Shown: positions 44,292 through 56,100 of the stretch, piece by piece | Layout: each line of letters begins with the position of its first letter | Position numbering within the stretch: the first letter of the stretch is position 1 | Assembly (NCBI RefSeq): GCF_032444005.1 | Contig: NC_091289.1 | Location: 178,932,001-178,996,000 of the forward strand | Source of the DNA: Ranitomeya imitator | Lineage: Eukaryota | Length of the DNA stretch: 64,000 nucleotides | Direction of reading: 5' to 3' | The notes under the pieces: generated by a model | Database searches by the model: none | Told to the model about the DNA's origin: nothing | The model's input: only the letters and a program-made list of their open reading frames with translations | Made by a program: the position numbers and the translations under genes

Positions 44292-45800
44292 TAATAATAA
44301 TAATAATCTTTATATAGCGCCAACATATTCCGCAGCGCTTTACAGTTTAACAGTTTCAAACACAACAGTCATAAGTAACGTTAGCAATACAATAATTAAA
44401 GTGAAATAAGACGACTCTGCTTGTGAGAGCTTACAATCTACAAGGAGGTGGGGGAGATACGAAGTACAGGTGTGTATTTACAATGATGTATTTACAATGA
44501 TGGTCCAGCCATATTCAGGGGGTGGGGGATAGATGGGGATAGTGAATGTGCTACACACAAACGTAAAATGACTCTGATTTGTGAACGTGATAGGCCGCCC
44601 TGAACAAATGTGTTTTGAGCGAGCGCCTAAAACTATGCAAATTGTGGATGGTCCTAATATCTTGGGGTAGAGCATTCCAGAGGATTGGCGCAGCGCGGGA
44701 GAAGTCTTGTAGTCGGGAGTGGGAGGTATGGATTAGTGCAGAGGTTAGTCGAAAGTCATTTGCAGAGCGCAGTGGTCTGTTAGGCTGATAGACAGAAATG
44801 AGGGAGGAGATGTAAGGGGGTGCTGCACTGTGGAGAGCTTTGTGGGTGAGAACAAGTACTTTGAATTGTATCCTGTAATGAATGGGCAGCCAGTGTAACG
44901 ACTGACGAAGAGCGAACATGTTTGAGTAATGATTAGCCAGATGGATGACCCTGGCTGCTGCATTAAGGATAGACTGGAGAGGGGAAAGTCGAGTGAGGGG
45001 GAGGCCAATTAATAGAGCATTACAGTAGTCCAGGTAGGAGTGGATCAGGGCGACAGTGAGGGTTTTTGTTTCCATGGTGAGAAAAGGGCGGATTCTAGAG
45101 ATGTTCTTTAGGTGTAAGCGGCAAGAGATTGTATATGGGAGGTGAAGGAGAGATCGGAGTCAAACATAACACCCAGACAGCGCGCCTGCTGCCGGGGCGT
45201 TATTATGGTGCCACCCATGGAGAGGGAAATGTCAGATTTAGGGAGGTTAGTAGATGGCGGGAGCAGAAGAAGTTCAGTTTTGGAGAGGTTGAGTTTTAGA
45301 TAGAGCGGACATGATGTTGGAGACTGTGGACAGTCAGTGGCGTACTGTAGTACAGCGGGGGTAAGGTCAGGTGATGACGTATATAGTTGTGTCATCGGCA
45401 TAAAGATGGTACTGAAAGCCAAATCTGGTGATGGTCTGTCCAATTGGGGCCGTGTAGAGGGAGAAGAGAAGGGGGCCAAGGACTGAGCCCTGAGGTACCC
45501 CGACAGTGAGAGGAAGAGGAGATGAAGTGGAGCCAGAGAACAGAACACTGAAGGAGCGGTCAGAAAGGTAGGAGGAGAACCAGGAGAGAGAAGTCCTTAA
45601 TGCCAAGTGACTGGAGCCTAGAGAGTAGGAGAAGGTGGTCAACAGTGTCAAAAGCTGCAGAGAGGTCGCGAAGAATGAGCAGAGTGGTCACCGTTACGTT
45701 TTGCTGTTAGAAGGTCGTTGGTCACTGTGATGAGTGCAGTTTCTGTCGAATGTAGGCGGCGGAAGCTGGACTGTGAAGGGTCTAGGAGGGAGGCGGTTAC
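44292..45800 (-). mobile_element. Truncated, frameshifted L2-clade LINE
   Basis: Minus strand shows [47 protein letters not shown] and LHWLPIHYRIQFK, with an (ATT)n tail at about 44292-44307. Confidence 0.9.
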
Positions 45801-46009
45801 TATTCTGGGTGGTACTATACAGTGAGGGGTCATTATATTGTGTACAAGGGGAAACCTGGGATATTATTAAATGTATAGTGGGCACTTATGGGGGAACTCG
45901 AGTTACTGTGACTGTCAAAAGGGCACAGAGGGCAATATTACTTTCTAGGGGGTGAAATGTGGGCACTGTTTTCTAGAGCACTTGCACCCGGCATTACTAT
46001 ATTCTAGAG

Positions 46010-46171
46010 CAGGGGTCCCCAACTCCAGTCCTCAAGGCCCACCAACATGTCATGTTTTCAGGATTTCCTTAGTCTTGCCCAGGTAATAATTGCATCACCT
46101 GTGCAATGCAAAGGAAATCCTGAAAACATGACCTGTTGGTGGGCCTTGAGGACTGGAGTTGGGGACCCCTG
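46010..46171. mobile_element. Young palindromic hAT MITE (162 bp)
   Basis: CAGGGGTCCCCAACTCCAGTCCTCAAGGCCC...GGGCCTTGAGGACTGGAGTTGGGGACCCCTG, with a perfect 8-bp TSD TTCTAGAG. Confidence 0.9.
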
Positions 46172-47341
46172 TTCTAGAGGTTGCTTTAGAATTTAGAGGG
46201 CACAGATAACCACTCAGTGGGTGCAGTAATAGGGACACATACCCCAATACTGAGCCACTGCTGCCGTATCAGCAGGATAAGGAGTTTGTGCAGATTGAGG
46301 ATAGCACTGAAAATGAGGAGTGGCATGTCTGTAATCTCTGCAGCGAAGTCCTGGCTGGAGAGGTTCTCATGTCAGTCTGGGCCAGATGGAAAGTGAACAG
46401 TTCCATCAGAAAGAACGTCAGTGGTAAGTCACCATCTATAACTGTACTGTGATCTTATATGTTCTGTAGGACTGGTATCTACCACTGACCATATGGCGGT
46501 AATATCAATGTTTATTGTATAGAGTTTTTCAGTAATAGTGCGGTTATCTGCTAAGGTTCTCCTCCACTATAAGGGTGCATCACCCAGTTGTAATAAAGGT
46601 TACCTGGTTAGGGTCCCACTCAGACGTTTTGCCCACCCCTGAACCAAAACCCTAGCTACGCCTCTGCGGACAACCATTTTAAACCATGCATGCAAACTTT
46701 TGAAAACTTCTACGTAGATCAAAATTGAAAATGACGTATGCTGATAGTTCGGGTCACAAAAACCAGTGGTTGGGTGGGAAAATGCAACCACTATACCTGT
46801 AGTATGAATTGGCCCTAACTTACATACCAGGGGGCTAATGATATTGGGTGCAGGGGTTGTAATCGCACCCAGGCCAGGGGGACTGGAGGGGTGAAATGAA
46901 GACTTACTATTAATGACCTGTTATTTGTGGGCCCCATTGAAGATTTTACAATGGGGCCCACAAACTTCAAGGTTCACCACATACTGTTGAGGAGACTGTA
47001 GCTGATTGGGCATGCTTGGAGTTGTAGTTGCACCACAGCTGGAAAAGCCCCTGGTTGGAGGCTGCACATGCTGATGCCATGGAGCTCATGAAGTTTGGGG
47101 GGTCCAGCTCGGGGTTGACATAACTTCAAACCTCATCCTCATGTTGGGTTTAATCTCTAATATTAGTAGACAAGGGGGAAGAACCAGTCGGGGGTCCTAC
47201 AAGTAATTGGAAAGAGGTTGCACTTTATCAATAGAAGCATGTCTGCCTTTTATTTTTGCTTTGGGGTCCTCAGTGCTCCCCTGACCATATACACAACACA
47301 TGTGCACACTATAAATTTATTACACACCATGAGTGCTGCCA

Positions 47342-48034
47342 TTATTCATAGTACAGCCCGTGCACCATGGCCACCGCAAACAAGGAGGCGTTAGAATATG
47401 AGGCTGAGGCAAAATGATCGTTCTGGGGGTCCCACAGGGAGCGGCTGGACACCTGCACCCCCTGGTGGCACATCTGGCCCAGGAAGACATTGCAGACCAC
47501 TTTGTACCGGGCAGGGGTGAATTCCTTCAGTTTGCTGCGGATGAGGTCGGACAGATTCTGGGCCAGCTGCCCGCTGGTGATAGGGTTGTACTTGGCGTCC
47601 ACCAGGTAGCTCCTCAGGATGGTCTCTAGAGCTTTCTGGGCTCGGCATGGGTTGAACCTGAAGTCCAGGTCGGGGCCCATCTTGAATGTGTTTTCATACT
47701 GAATCTCCTTAATGGGCTGATAGAGGGGAAGACCTGAGAAACTAACTCGTCCATAATGCGCCCAGGGCCCCAAGGACAAGCGCCTGTTGGAGCCCATTGT
47801 ACACAGCGAGTTCTTGCGGGAGAATGGGACGTTCATGTTGCTGACGACCGAGCTGCGGCGCGAGTACATGGCGGGGCGCTCCTCGATGCTTCTCAAACGT
47901 GCCAGCTGGCGCGGTGGCATTTCTATGGAGTGAGAGAGGCGGCGGCTGGAGAGAGGACCTGACTTGGAAAAAGCGTCGCCTGCGGCACCCAGGGTCGTAC
48001 TGTCCTCAGAGGGAGACGGAGGGTTATCTGCCAT
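47342..48034 (-). CDS. dynlt4: Dynein light chain Tctex-type 4 (TCTEX1D4), 230 aa, single coding exon
   Basis: C-terminal Tctex-1 domain (YENTFKMGP...RYKVVCNVFLGQ...SRSLWDPQNDHFAS...FAVAMVHGLYYE*), an N-terminus rich in RRxS motifs, and the RVSF PP1-docking motif known for TCTEX1D4. A splice acceptor (polypyrimidine tract plus CAG at 48044-48046) lies 9 nt before the ATG. AATAAA is on the minus strand at 47316-47321 and 47249-47254. The gene is syntenic between plk3 and btbd19. Confidence 0.93.
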   Translation of the reverse strand: MADNPPSPSEDSTTLGAAGDAFSKSGPLSSRRLSHSIEMPPRQLARLRSIEERPAMYSRRSSVVSNMNVPFSRKNSLCTMGSNRRLSLGPWAHYGRVSFSGLPLYQPIKEIQYENTFKMGPDLDFRFNPCRAQKALETILRSYLVDAKYNPITSGQLAQNLSDLIRSKLKEFTPARYKVVCNVFLGQMCHQGVQVSSRSLWDPQNDHFASASYSNASLFAVAMVHGLYYE

Positions 48035-48951
48035 TGTCCTGCCCTGGAGACCGGGAGAGAAGAAAACTGCATCATATAAAGGAGGCGCAAACATCGTATA
48101 ACGAAAAGTATAACTCTCCAATATACTGCACCCCACTCCAAATGAAGGGTGCACTGCAAAAAGTTGGCGGAACTGGACGAGACACATAAAAAGTTACAAA
48201 ACTTTTTCTGACAGCCCAATATGACCATATTCACCAGCCCGGAGTCCAAGGCAGGATTGTCTATGCTGACACACTGTAACAGACTGGACTGTAGGGTCAG
48301 GCTGAATTTCCAGCCTTTGTAGATGGGTGTTTGGGTTGACTCGCAGGCTAGCTACATCTACAAGGTGGCACTAAAGGGATAGATGTCATGAAAATGGTGT
48401 GCAGAGCAGAAACAGATCACGGATGTCACCGATTCCAGATGACGTTCCCTGTAATAAATGTATAGAACCCACGGAGAAGTATATAACATCATTAGTGACA
48501 ATGGCAGGAAACCGCAGAGAACATTCACCCAGCAGAAGTTCTGCTACAATGTCCCAGCTGGAATCCTCCCTGTTCTCATGAAGGCGCTGATATCCAGCAA
48601 TCTCCTGGGCGGATGGCAGCGGGTACCTGGGGTAGAAGGGGAACATTCATCCTATCATATGACCCCCTCCAGGGCAGCTCTCCCTGTATCTAAGCCTGTG
48701 ATACATGTCCTGCCCATTACCTGGAGACAGAGTAACCGGAGATATAAGGCAGCAAGCTACAACATGTTCATTATTAGTTGTAGAGACGATCAGATACTTA
48801 GGGGATTAAAGGGTGGAAGATACATTTATCCGCAGCACTGTCATCTTAGAAACTAATGTCAATGTAATTCCAAGGAGAAAGTGTCTGCGGACCCCCGACC
48901 AAGGGAAGTCCATTCATATCTGGAAATCTGCAGCTAATCCAGGTCCACTGC

Positions 48952-49846
48952 TACTGTCTGCTGAGCCATGTATCTAATCCTACCATGTGTGATACCGTCT
49001 GCTGAGCCGTGTATCTAATCCTACCATGTGTGATACTGTCTGCTGAGCAGTGTATCTAATCCTAGCATGTGTGATACTGTGTGCTGAGCTGTGTATCTAA
49101 TCCTATCCTGTGTGATGCTGTGTGCTGAGCTGTGTATCTAACCCTATCCTGTGTGATACTGTCTGCTGAGCTGTGTATCTAATCCTGTCCTGTGTGATAC
49201 TGTCTGCTGAGCTGTGTATCTAATCCTATCCTGTGTGATACTGCCTGCTGAGCTGTGTATCTAATCCTACCATGTGTGATACCGTCTGCTGAGCCGTGTA
49301 TCTAATCCTACCATGTGTGATACTGTCTGCTGAGCAGTGTATCTAATCCTAGCATGTGTGATACTGTGTGCTGAGCTGTGTATCTAATCATATCCTGTGT
49401 GATGCTGTGTGCTGAGCTGTGTATCTAACCCTATCCTGTGTGATACTGTCTGCTGAGCCGTGTATCTAATCCTATATTGTGTGATACTGTCTGCTGAGCA
49501 GTGTATCTAATCCTATCCTGTGTGATACTGTCTGCTGAGCTGTGTATCTAATCCTATCCTGTGTGATACTGTCTGCTGAGCCGTGTATCTAATCCTATCC
49601 TGTGTGATACTGTGTGCTGAGCAGTTTATCTAATCATATCCTGTGTGATACTGCGTGCTCAGCCGTGTATCTAATCCTAACATGTGTGATACTGTCTGCT
49701 GAGCTGTGTATCTAATCCTATCCTGTGTGATACTGTCTGCTGAGCTGTGTATCTAATCCTATCCTGTGTGATACTGTCTGCTGAGCTGTGTATCTAATCC
49801 TATCCTGTGTGATACTGTCTGCTGAGCTGTGTATCTAAGCCTGTGA
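48952..49846. repeat. 41-bp minisatellite (GCTGAGCTGTGTATCTAATCCTATCCTGTGTGATACTGTCT)n, about 22 copies
   Basis: Directly visible. Confidence 0.95.
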
Positions 49847-50504
49847 TGAATGCCTTGTCTGTGCAATGTTGCACTACATTCTGCTTCCTCTGACATCTCA
49901 GGGATTCATTCCACATGACAGTGACCTGGAATGTATCACCTCTCACTGTGGCATGTTCATGGTTAATGGACGCAGATCACTCACCCCAAACTCATGTCCA
50001 GTGACTGTACGACTGGGGTCCGTTCACACGGTGCAGTTCATAACCACATTTGATCATTTTGTGCAGTTTTCACAGGTGAATCGTGTAACAAAATTGCCAA
50101 TTTCATGCCCAGTGGGACAGATTCATAGTGGCCCCTCCGCCTGCAGTCACCTGAGGGGTTAATAGTAATGTGTTACCTGTGTGCCCAGCAGCAGGGTGGC
50201 AGTATGTCCGGGGTCCTCTCTGCTCCTGCGATACCCGTCCAGCCCTGGTCTTATAAGGGGCAGTAGCGGCATGCCCGGGCTCGTCCCCAGATTAATCATT
50301 GCCCCGGCCACTGTAAATCATTGCCACAGAGGAGACAGCTTGGTGCCGGCTGAGCCCGGGCCCGGGGCCAGCCCAAATACCGGGTCACCGTGGACACCGC
50401 ATGCCACCTCCCTCTGCGATCGCATTTTATTTATTACTGGGCTGATAATTGGGGAACAGTTCGCATTTAATTAACGGGACCAAGAGTCCTGTACTAGTGA
50501 CACT

Positions 50505-50872
50505 GTGTACTCTTGAAATACTCTGTGCTGCTGGGATCCCTGGTTCCTGCACAGTCCCTCTCTGAAATACTCTGTGCTGTTGGGATCCCCGGTTCTTGCA
50601 CATTCCCTCCTCTCTGAAATATCCTGTGCTGTTGGAATCCCTGTTTCCACCACATTCCCTCTCTGAAATACTCTGTGTTGTTGGGATCCCTGGTCCTGCA
50701 CATTCCCTCTCTGAAATACTCTGTGCTGCCGGGATCCCAGGTTCTCGCACATTCCCTCCTCTCTGAAATACTCTGTGCTGCTGGGTCCCTGCACATTCCC
50801 TCTCTGAAATACTTTATGCTGTTGGGATCCCTGGTTCCTGCACATTCCCTCTCTGAAATACTCTGTGCTCCT
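50505..50872. repeat. Degenerate tandem repeat of about 45-50 bp (…GCACATTCCCTCTCTGAAATACTCTGTGCTGCTGGGATCCC…), about 7-8 copies
   Basis: Directly visible. Confidence 0.85.
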
Positions 50873-51028
50873 GTAAATCTTACTTTTTGGGCATTTACAC
50901 CCCGCAGGGGCCAGTACTTTAGTCCAGTAACATGACCCACAAAAACCTGACATTATCTGCACATGGCTACATGGAAGCCACGCTTTGTGGGAACTTTACT
51001 GCTGTCCGGTGTTCATATTGATTACCAC

Positions 51029-51339
51029 TAGTGATGAGCGAATATACTCGTTACTCGAGATTTCCCGAGCACGCTCGGGTGACCTCCGAGTATTTTTTAG
51101 TGCTCAGAGATTTAGTTTTCATCGCCGCAGCTGAATGAGTTACATCTGTTAGCCAGCATAAGTACATGTGGCGGTTGCCTGGTTGCTAGGGAATCCCCAC
51201 ATGTAATCAAGCTGGCTAGGAGATGTAAATCATTCAGCTGCAGCGAAGAAAACAAAATCTCCGAGCACTAAAAAATACTCGCAGGACACCCGAGCATGCT
51301 CTGGAAATCTCGAGTAACGAGTATATTCGCTCATCACTA
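51029..51339. mobile_element. hAT-type MITE
   Basis: TAGTGATGAGCGAATATACTCGTTACTCGAGATTTC...GAAATCTCGAGTAACGAGTATATTCGCTCATCACTA; the 8-bp flanks ATTACCAC and ATTGCCAT match at 6 of 8 positions. Confidence 0.85.
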
Positions 51340-51547
51340 ATTGCCATCCAACTTTTCCAGGAGCAGATAGAACTCCAGGGTTTGTAGGCTGAGGATTGTC
51401 TGCACATTGTAATGCTGTGACCATGGTGCAGTCTGTGACTCATCGCTGTACTGGAGACTGACCCGCTGAGTCTGCACAGGAATGTCATGTCAATGAGCAA
51501 GAGCCTCCAGACTGGAAACACACACAGAGGGTCACAGCAGAGTCACC

Positions 51548-52999
51548 CAGACAGTATCACACAGGACAGGATTAGATACACAGCTCAGCAGACAGTATCA
51601 CACAGGACAGGATTAGATACATAGCTCAGCAGTCAGTATCACACAGGACAGGATTAAATACACAGCTCAGCAGACAGTATCACACAGGATAGGATTAGAT
51701 ACACAGCTCAGCAGACAGTATCACACAGGACAGGATTAGATACATAGCTCAGCAGTCAGTATCACACAGGACAGGATTAAATACACAGCTCAGCAGACAG
51801 TATCACACAGGATAGGATTAGATACACAGCTCAGCAGACAGTATCACACAGGACAGGATTAGATACACAGCTCATCAGACAGTATCACACAGGACAGGAT
51901 TAGATACACAGCCCAGTATCACACAGGACAGGATTAGATACATAGCTCAGCAGTCAGTATCACACAGGAGAGGATTAAATACACAGCTCAGCAGACAGTA
52001 TCACACAGGATAGGATTAGATACACAGCTCAGCAGACAGTATCACACAGGATAGGATTAGATACACAGCTCAGCAGACAGTATCACACCAGAAAGGATTA
52101 AATGCACAGCTCAGCAGATGGTATCACACAGGATAGGATTAGATACACAGCTCAGCAGACAGTATCACACCAGAAAGGATTAAATACACAGCTCAGCAGT
52201 CAGTATCACACAGGATAGGATTAGATACACAGCTCAGCAGACAGTATCACACAGGATAGGATTAGATTCACAGCTCAGCAGACAGTATCACACCAGACAG
52301 GATTAAATGCACAGCTCAGCAGACAGTATCACACAGGATAGGATTAGATACATTGCTCAGCAGACAGTATCACACAGGATAGGATTAGATACATTGCTCA
52401 GCAGACAGTATCACACAGGATAGGATTAGATACATTGCTCAGCAGACAGTATCACACAGGATAGGATTATATACACAGCTCAGCAGACAGTATCACAGGA
52501 CAGGATTAGATGCACAGCTCAGCAGAGTATCACACAGGACAGGATTAGATACACAGCTCAGCACGCATTATCACATAGGATAGGAGTAGATACACAGGTC
52601 AGCAGACAGTATCACAGGACAGGATTAGATACACAGCTCAGCAGACAGTATCACACAGGACAGGATTAGATACACAGCTCAGCAGACAGTATCACACAGG
52701 ACAGGATTAGATACACAGGTCAGCAGACAGTATCACACAGGACAGGATTAGATGCACAGCTCAGCAGACAGTATCACACAGGACAGGATTAGATGCACAG
52801 CTCAGCAGACAGTATCACACAGGAGAGGATTAGATACACAGCTCAGCAGACAGTATCACACAGGACAGGATTAGATACACAGGTCAGCAGACAGTATCAC
52901 ACAGGACAGGATTAGATGCACAGCTCAGCAGACAGTATCACACAGGACAGGATTAGATGCACATCTCAGCAGAGTATCACACAGGACAGGATTAGATAC
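51548..52999. repeat. 41-bp minisatellite, reverse complement of the 48952-49846 array, about 35 copies
   Basis: Unit CAGACAGTATCACACAGGA(C/T)AGGATTAGATACACAGCTCAG. Confidence 0.95.
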
Positions 53000-53113
53000 T
53001 CTGTCTGGGCTGCACTCTGCTCTGGTTGCAGGAGTCCGCCCTGCTTTCCAGCCTCCACATCAGGCATTTCCTGGCTGTCTGGGGATCTCTGTGGGGGGAT
53101 TCCATGTGCAGCC

Positions 53114-56100
53114 ATGTCACACCCTCCTGAGAAGGTTGGGGTCTTTCTGCAGGGGGACGCCTCATCCCTTCCCCCTGCCTTGAGGGGCCTCATTAACAAT
53201 GCACAGTTCAGGTAAGTGGCCCTGCCAGGGTGAGGAGCTGGGGCCCATGTGGGCAGTGCAGGCCTCCGTCACTGGCAGCTGTGTGTGCGGCTATGGAGGG
53301 GGCACCACCCGGGGGCTACAGCCACAGAGGGGTCACCCAGTGTTGTTAGGAAAGCTCTGCGGTTCCCTCAGTTGCCCTGTGGCCAAGAGCAGCCATGTCT
53401 GTGCAAAAAAAAAGTGCCCCCTTCTCCTAATCTTGCACTAATCACAAAAGTAGCAGGTAGTCTGTTCCCTCCTTCCTGAAATCCTCTGTGCTGCTGGGAC
53501 TCTGCCCCTTCTAGCAATTCTCTAACTTCCCACTTCTCTACTGACCCTCTCCTTACACCGGTTAGACCTTCACTGATAACCGGTGTAAGGAGAGGGTTAA
53601 TCGCCTCTTGTCGCTGAGGTTTTGGCGCTGTGTCTTTTTCTCATCAGCAGAATTGCATGAAAGGTGGAAATCCTGGTGGTCACGGTGAATTGCAGCACTC
53701 AGCAGCGCCCCCTCGGCCGGCTGACAACAGCACGACCTTACTATTCTAGAATGGGCTGATACGACTGTGTGGCCGAGCACCAGAGAGGTGAAGGCTCCGG
53801 TCGGGTGTTTTCTGGCCTCCCCCGGTCGGTCGGTTGCTCGGTCGCTGACTCTGCAGCTTTTCATCTTCCTACACGTCGCAGCAGCAAGTGAAATTTTGCT
53901 GCGACTGCAGGAAGTTGTCGGTGTGGAGCGCGGGCGTGAGGTAACCATGATGGAGGGACGGTTTGTCGTGTGACGCAGATGTTGTCATTGTTTGCCACAA
54001 TCACTTCCCACACAATACAACGGCGTCCGCCGCTAAATATATCTCACAGGGGTGTATGCTGCCTAAATATGGCGCCGGCAGGACCCTGGAGCACAGGCGC
54101 AGGTGTATAATACATGTACTGGGAGGGGGGTCTGATAGCAAAATCATATGGGGGCCACTTTATTTTGAGGGTCGCTGCTCTTGTGGGCGCTGCGACTGTC
54201 GCTGCTCTTGTGGGCGCTGCAGCTGTCGCTGTTCTTGTGGGCGCTGCGACTGTCGCTGCTCTTGTGGGCGCTGCAGCTGTCGCTGCTCTTGTGGGCGCTG
54301 CAGCTGTCGCTGTTCTTGTGGGCGCTGCGACTGTCGCTGCTCTTGTGGGCGCTGCAGCTGTCGCTGCTCTTGTGGGCGCTGCAGCTGTCGCTGTTCTTGT
54401 GGGCGCTGCGACTGTCGTTGCTCTTGTGGGCGCTGCAGCTGTCGCTGCTCTTGTGGGCGCTGCAGCTGTCGCTGCTCTTGTGGGCGCTGCGGCTGTCGCT
54501 GCTCTTGTGGGCGCTGCGGCTGTCGCTGCTCTTGTGGGCGCTGCGACTGTCGCTGCTCTTGTCTCAACTTCTATCCCTGCCATGTGGAGGCTAAGGCTTC
54601 CCCTCTCGTGGAGGATGCTGAGGCTGTCACAACAGCACTTCACCCAACTAAAGCGACAGGCGCAGCGTTTCCCATGAGAGTGACGGCGCGCTGCACCTGT
54701 CGCTCTTGTTGGGAGCGCTGCGCCTGTTTCCCTTGTGGGGGGGCGCTGCACCCATCGCTCTTGCTAGGGGCTCTGCGCCCATTGCTCTTGTGGGGGGCTC
54801 TGCGGCTGTCGCTCTCGTGGGGGGGTCACTCTGCACCCGTTGGTCTTACGGGGGGGGGGGGGGGGGAGGGAGCGCTACACCTGTCGCTCTTGCTAGGGGC
54901 TCTGCGCCCATTGCTCTTGCGGGGGGGGGGAGCTCTCGTGGGGGGTCACTGCACCCGTTGCTCTTACGGGTGGGCGCTACACCTGTTGCTCTTGTGGGGG
55001 GCTCCGCGCCCATTGCTCTTGTGGGGGGGGCTCTGCGCCCGTCGCTCTCTTGGGGGGTCACTCTGCACCCGTTGCTCTTACAGGGGGCGCTGCACCTGTC
55101 GCTCTTGCGGGGGGGTCTTCGCCCATTGCTCTTGTGGGGGGCTCTGCGCCCATCGCTCTCTTGGGGGGTCACTCTGCACCCGTTGCTCTTACAGGGGGCG
55201 CTGCACCTGTCGCTCTTGCGGGGGGGTCTTCGCCCATTGCTCTTGTGGGGGGCTCTGCAACCGTCGCTCTCGTGGTAGGGCGTTCTACACCTGTCGCTCT
55301 TGTAGGGAGTGCTGCACCTGTTACTCTTGTGGGGGGGGCGCTGGTCCTGTCTCATGATATACTGTTCTCTACCTGATGATCTCAGACGCTGATCCTCCTG
55401 TGCACAGGAATGATTCATCACTGCTGCCATCAGTGATTTGCTCTGGCTGGATCATTTCTGTTAATATTTAATAATCTGTTGATAAGATTTTGTCTGCAGC
55501 TGTGACCTGTGCAAAGAATTATTAACTTCGGGCCTGTCCGCTCATGGTGCAGGCTCACCCCCTAGGGCGTCTTGTAGGTGGGGATCACCCCCCTTGGGTG
55601 TCTTGTAGGTGGGGGTTACCCCCTGAAGCGTCTTGTAGGTGGGGGTCATCCAGTGGGGCATCATGTAGGTATGGGTCACTACCTTGGGCATCTTGTTGTA
55701 CATGCAGGGGGTCTCCCCCTCGTGTGTCTTGTTGATTCTCTTTTCTAGAGTTACTTTTTTCCACGTTATAAAAAGAGGGCCTCTTGAGGTAATATTGCAC
55801 ATAATGAGATTAGATACAGCATCTCAGTAGACAGTACTACAGTTATGGCAAACTGGACATCATTTCACACAAAACCCCAAAAATAGACCAGCCAAAATTG
55901 TGGGTAAACAATTTGTTTTCACTAGCATGTGATGCGCGTTCAAACTCACCTGTGGCAAGTAACAGGTGTGGGCAATTTAAAAAATCACACCTGAAACCAG
56001 ATAAAATGGGGAGAAATTATCTCAATCTTCGCATCGTGTATCTGTGTGTTCCACACTAAAGATGGAGAACAGAAAGAGAAGAGAACTGAATGACGACTTG

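Noticed and set aside
48035-48187. N-terminal 51-aa extension of the dynlt4 ORF in the ORF track
   Set aside because: It starts at a non-ATG codon and runs through a polypyrimidine tract and AG acceptor 9 nt before the MADNPP ATG, so it is intronic.
53963-55357. 464-aa Cys-rich ORF resembling metallothionein or keratin-associated proteins
   Set aside because: The CRCSCGRC periodicity is just one reading of the 27-bp tandem repeat, overlapping frames are equally open, and it starts at a non-ATG codon.
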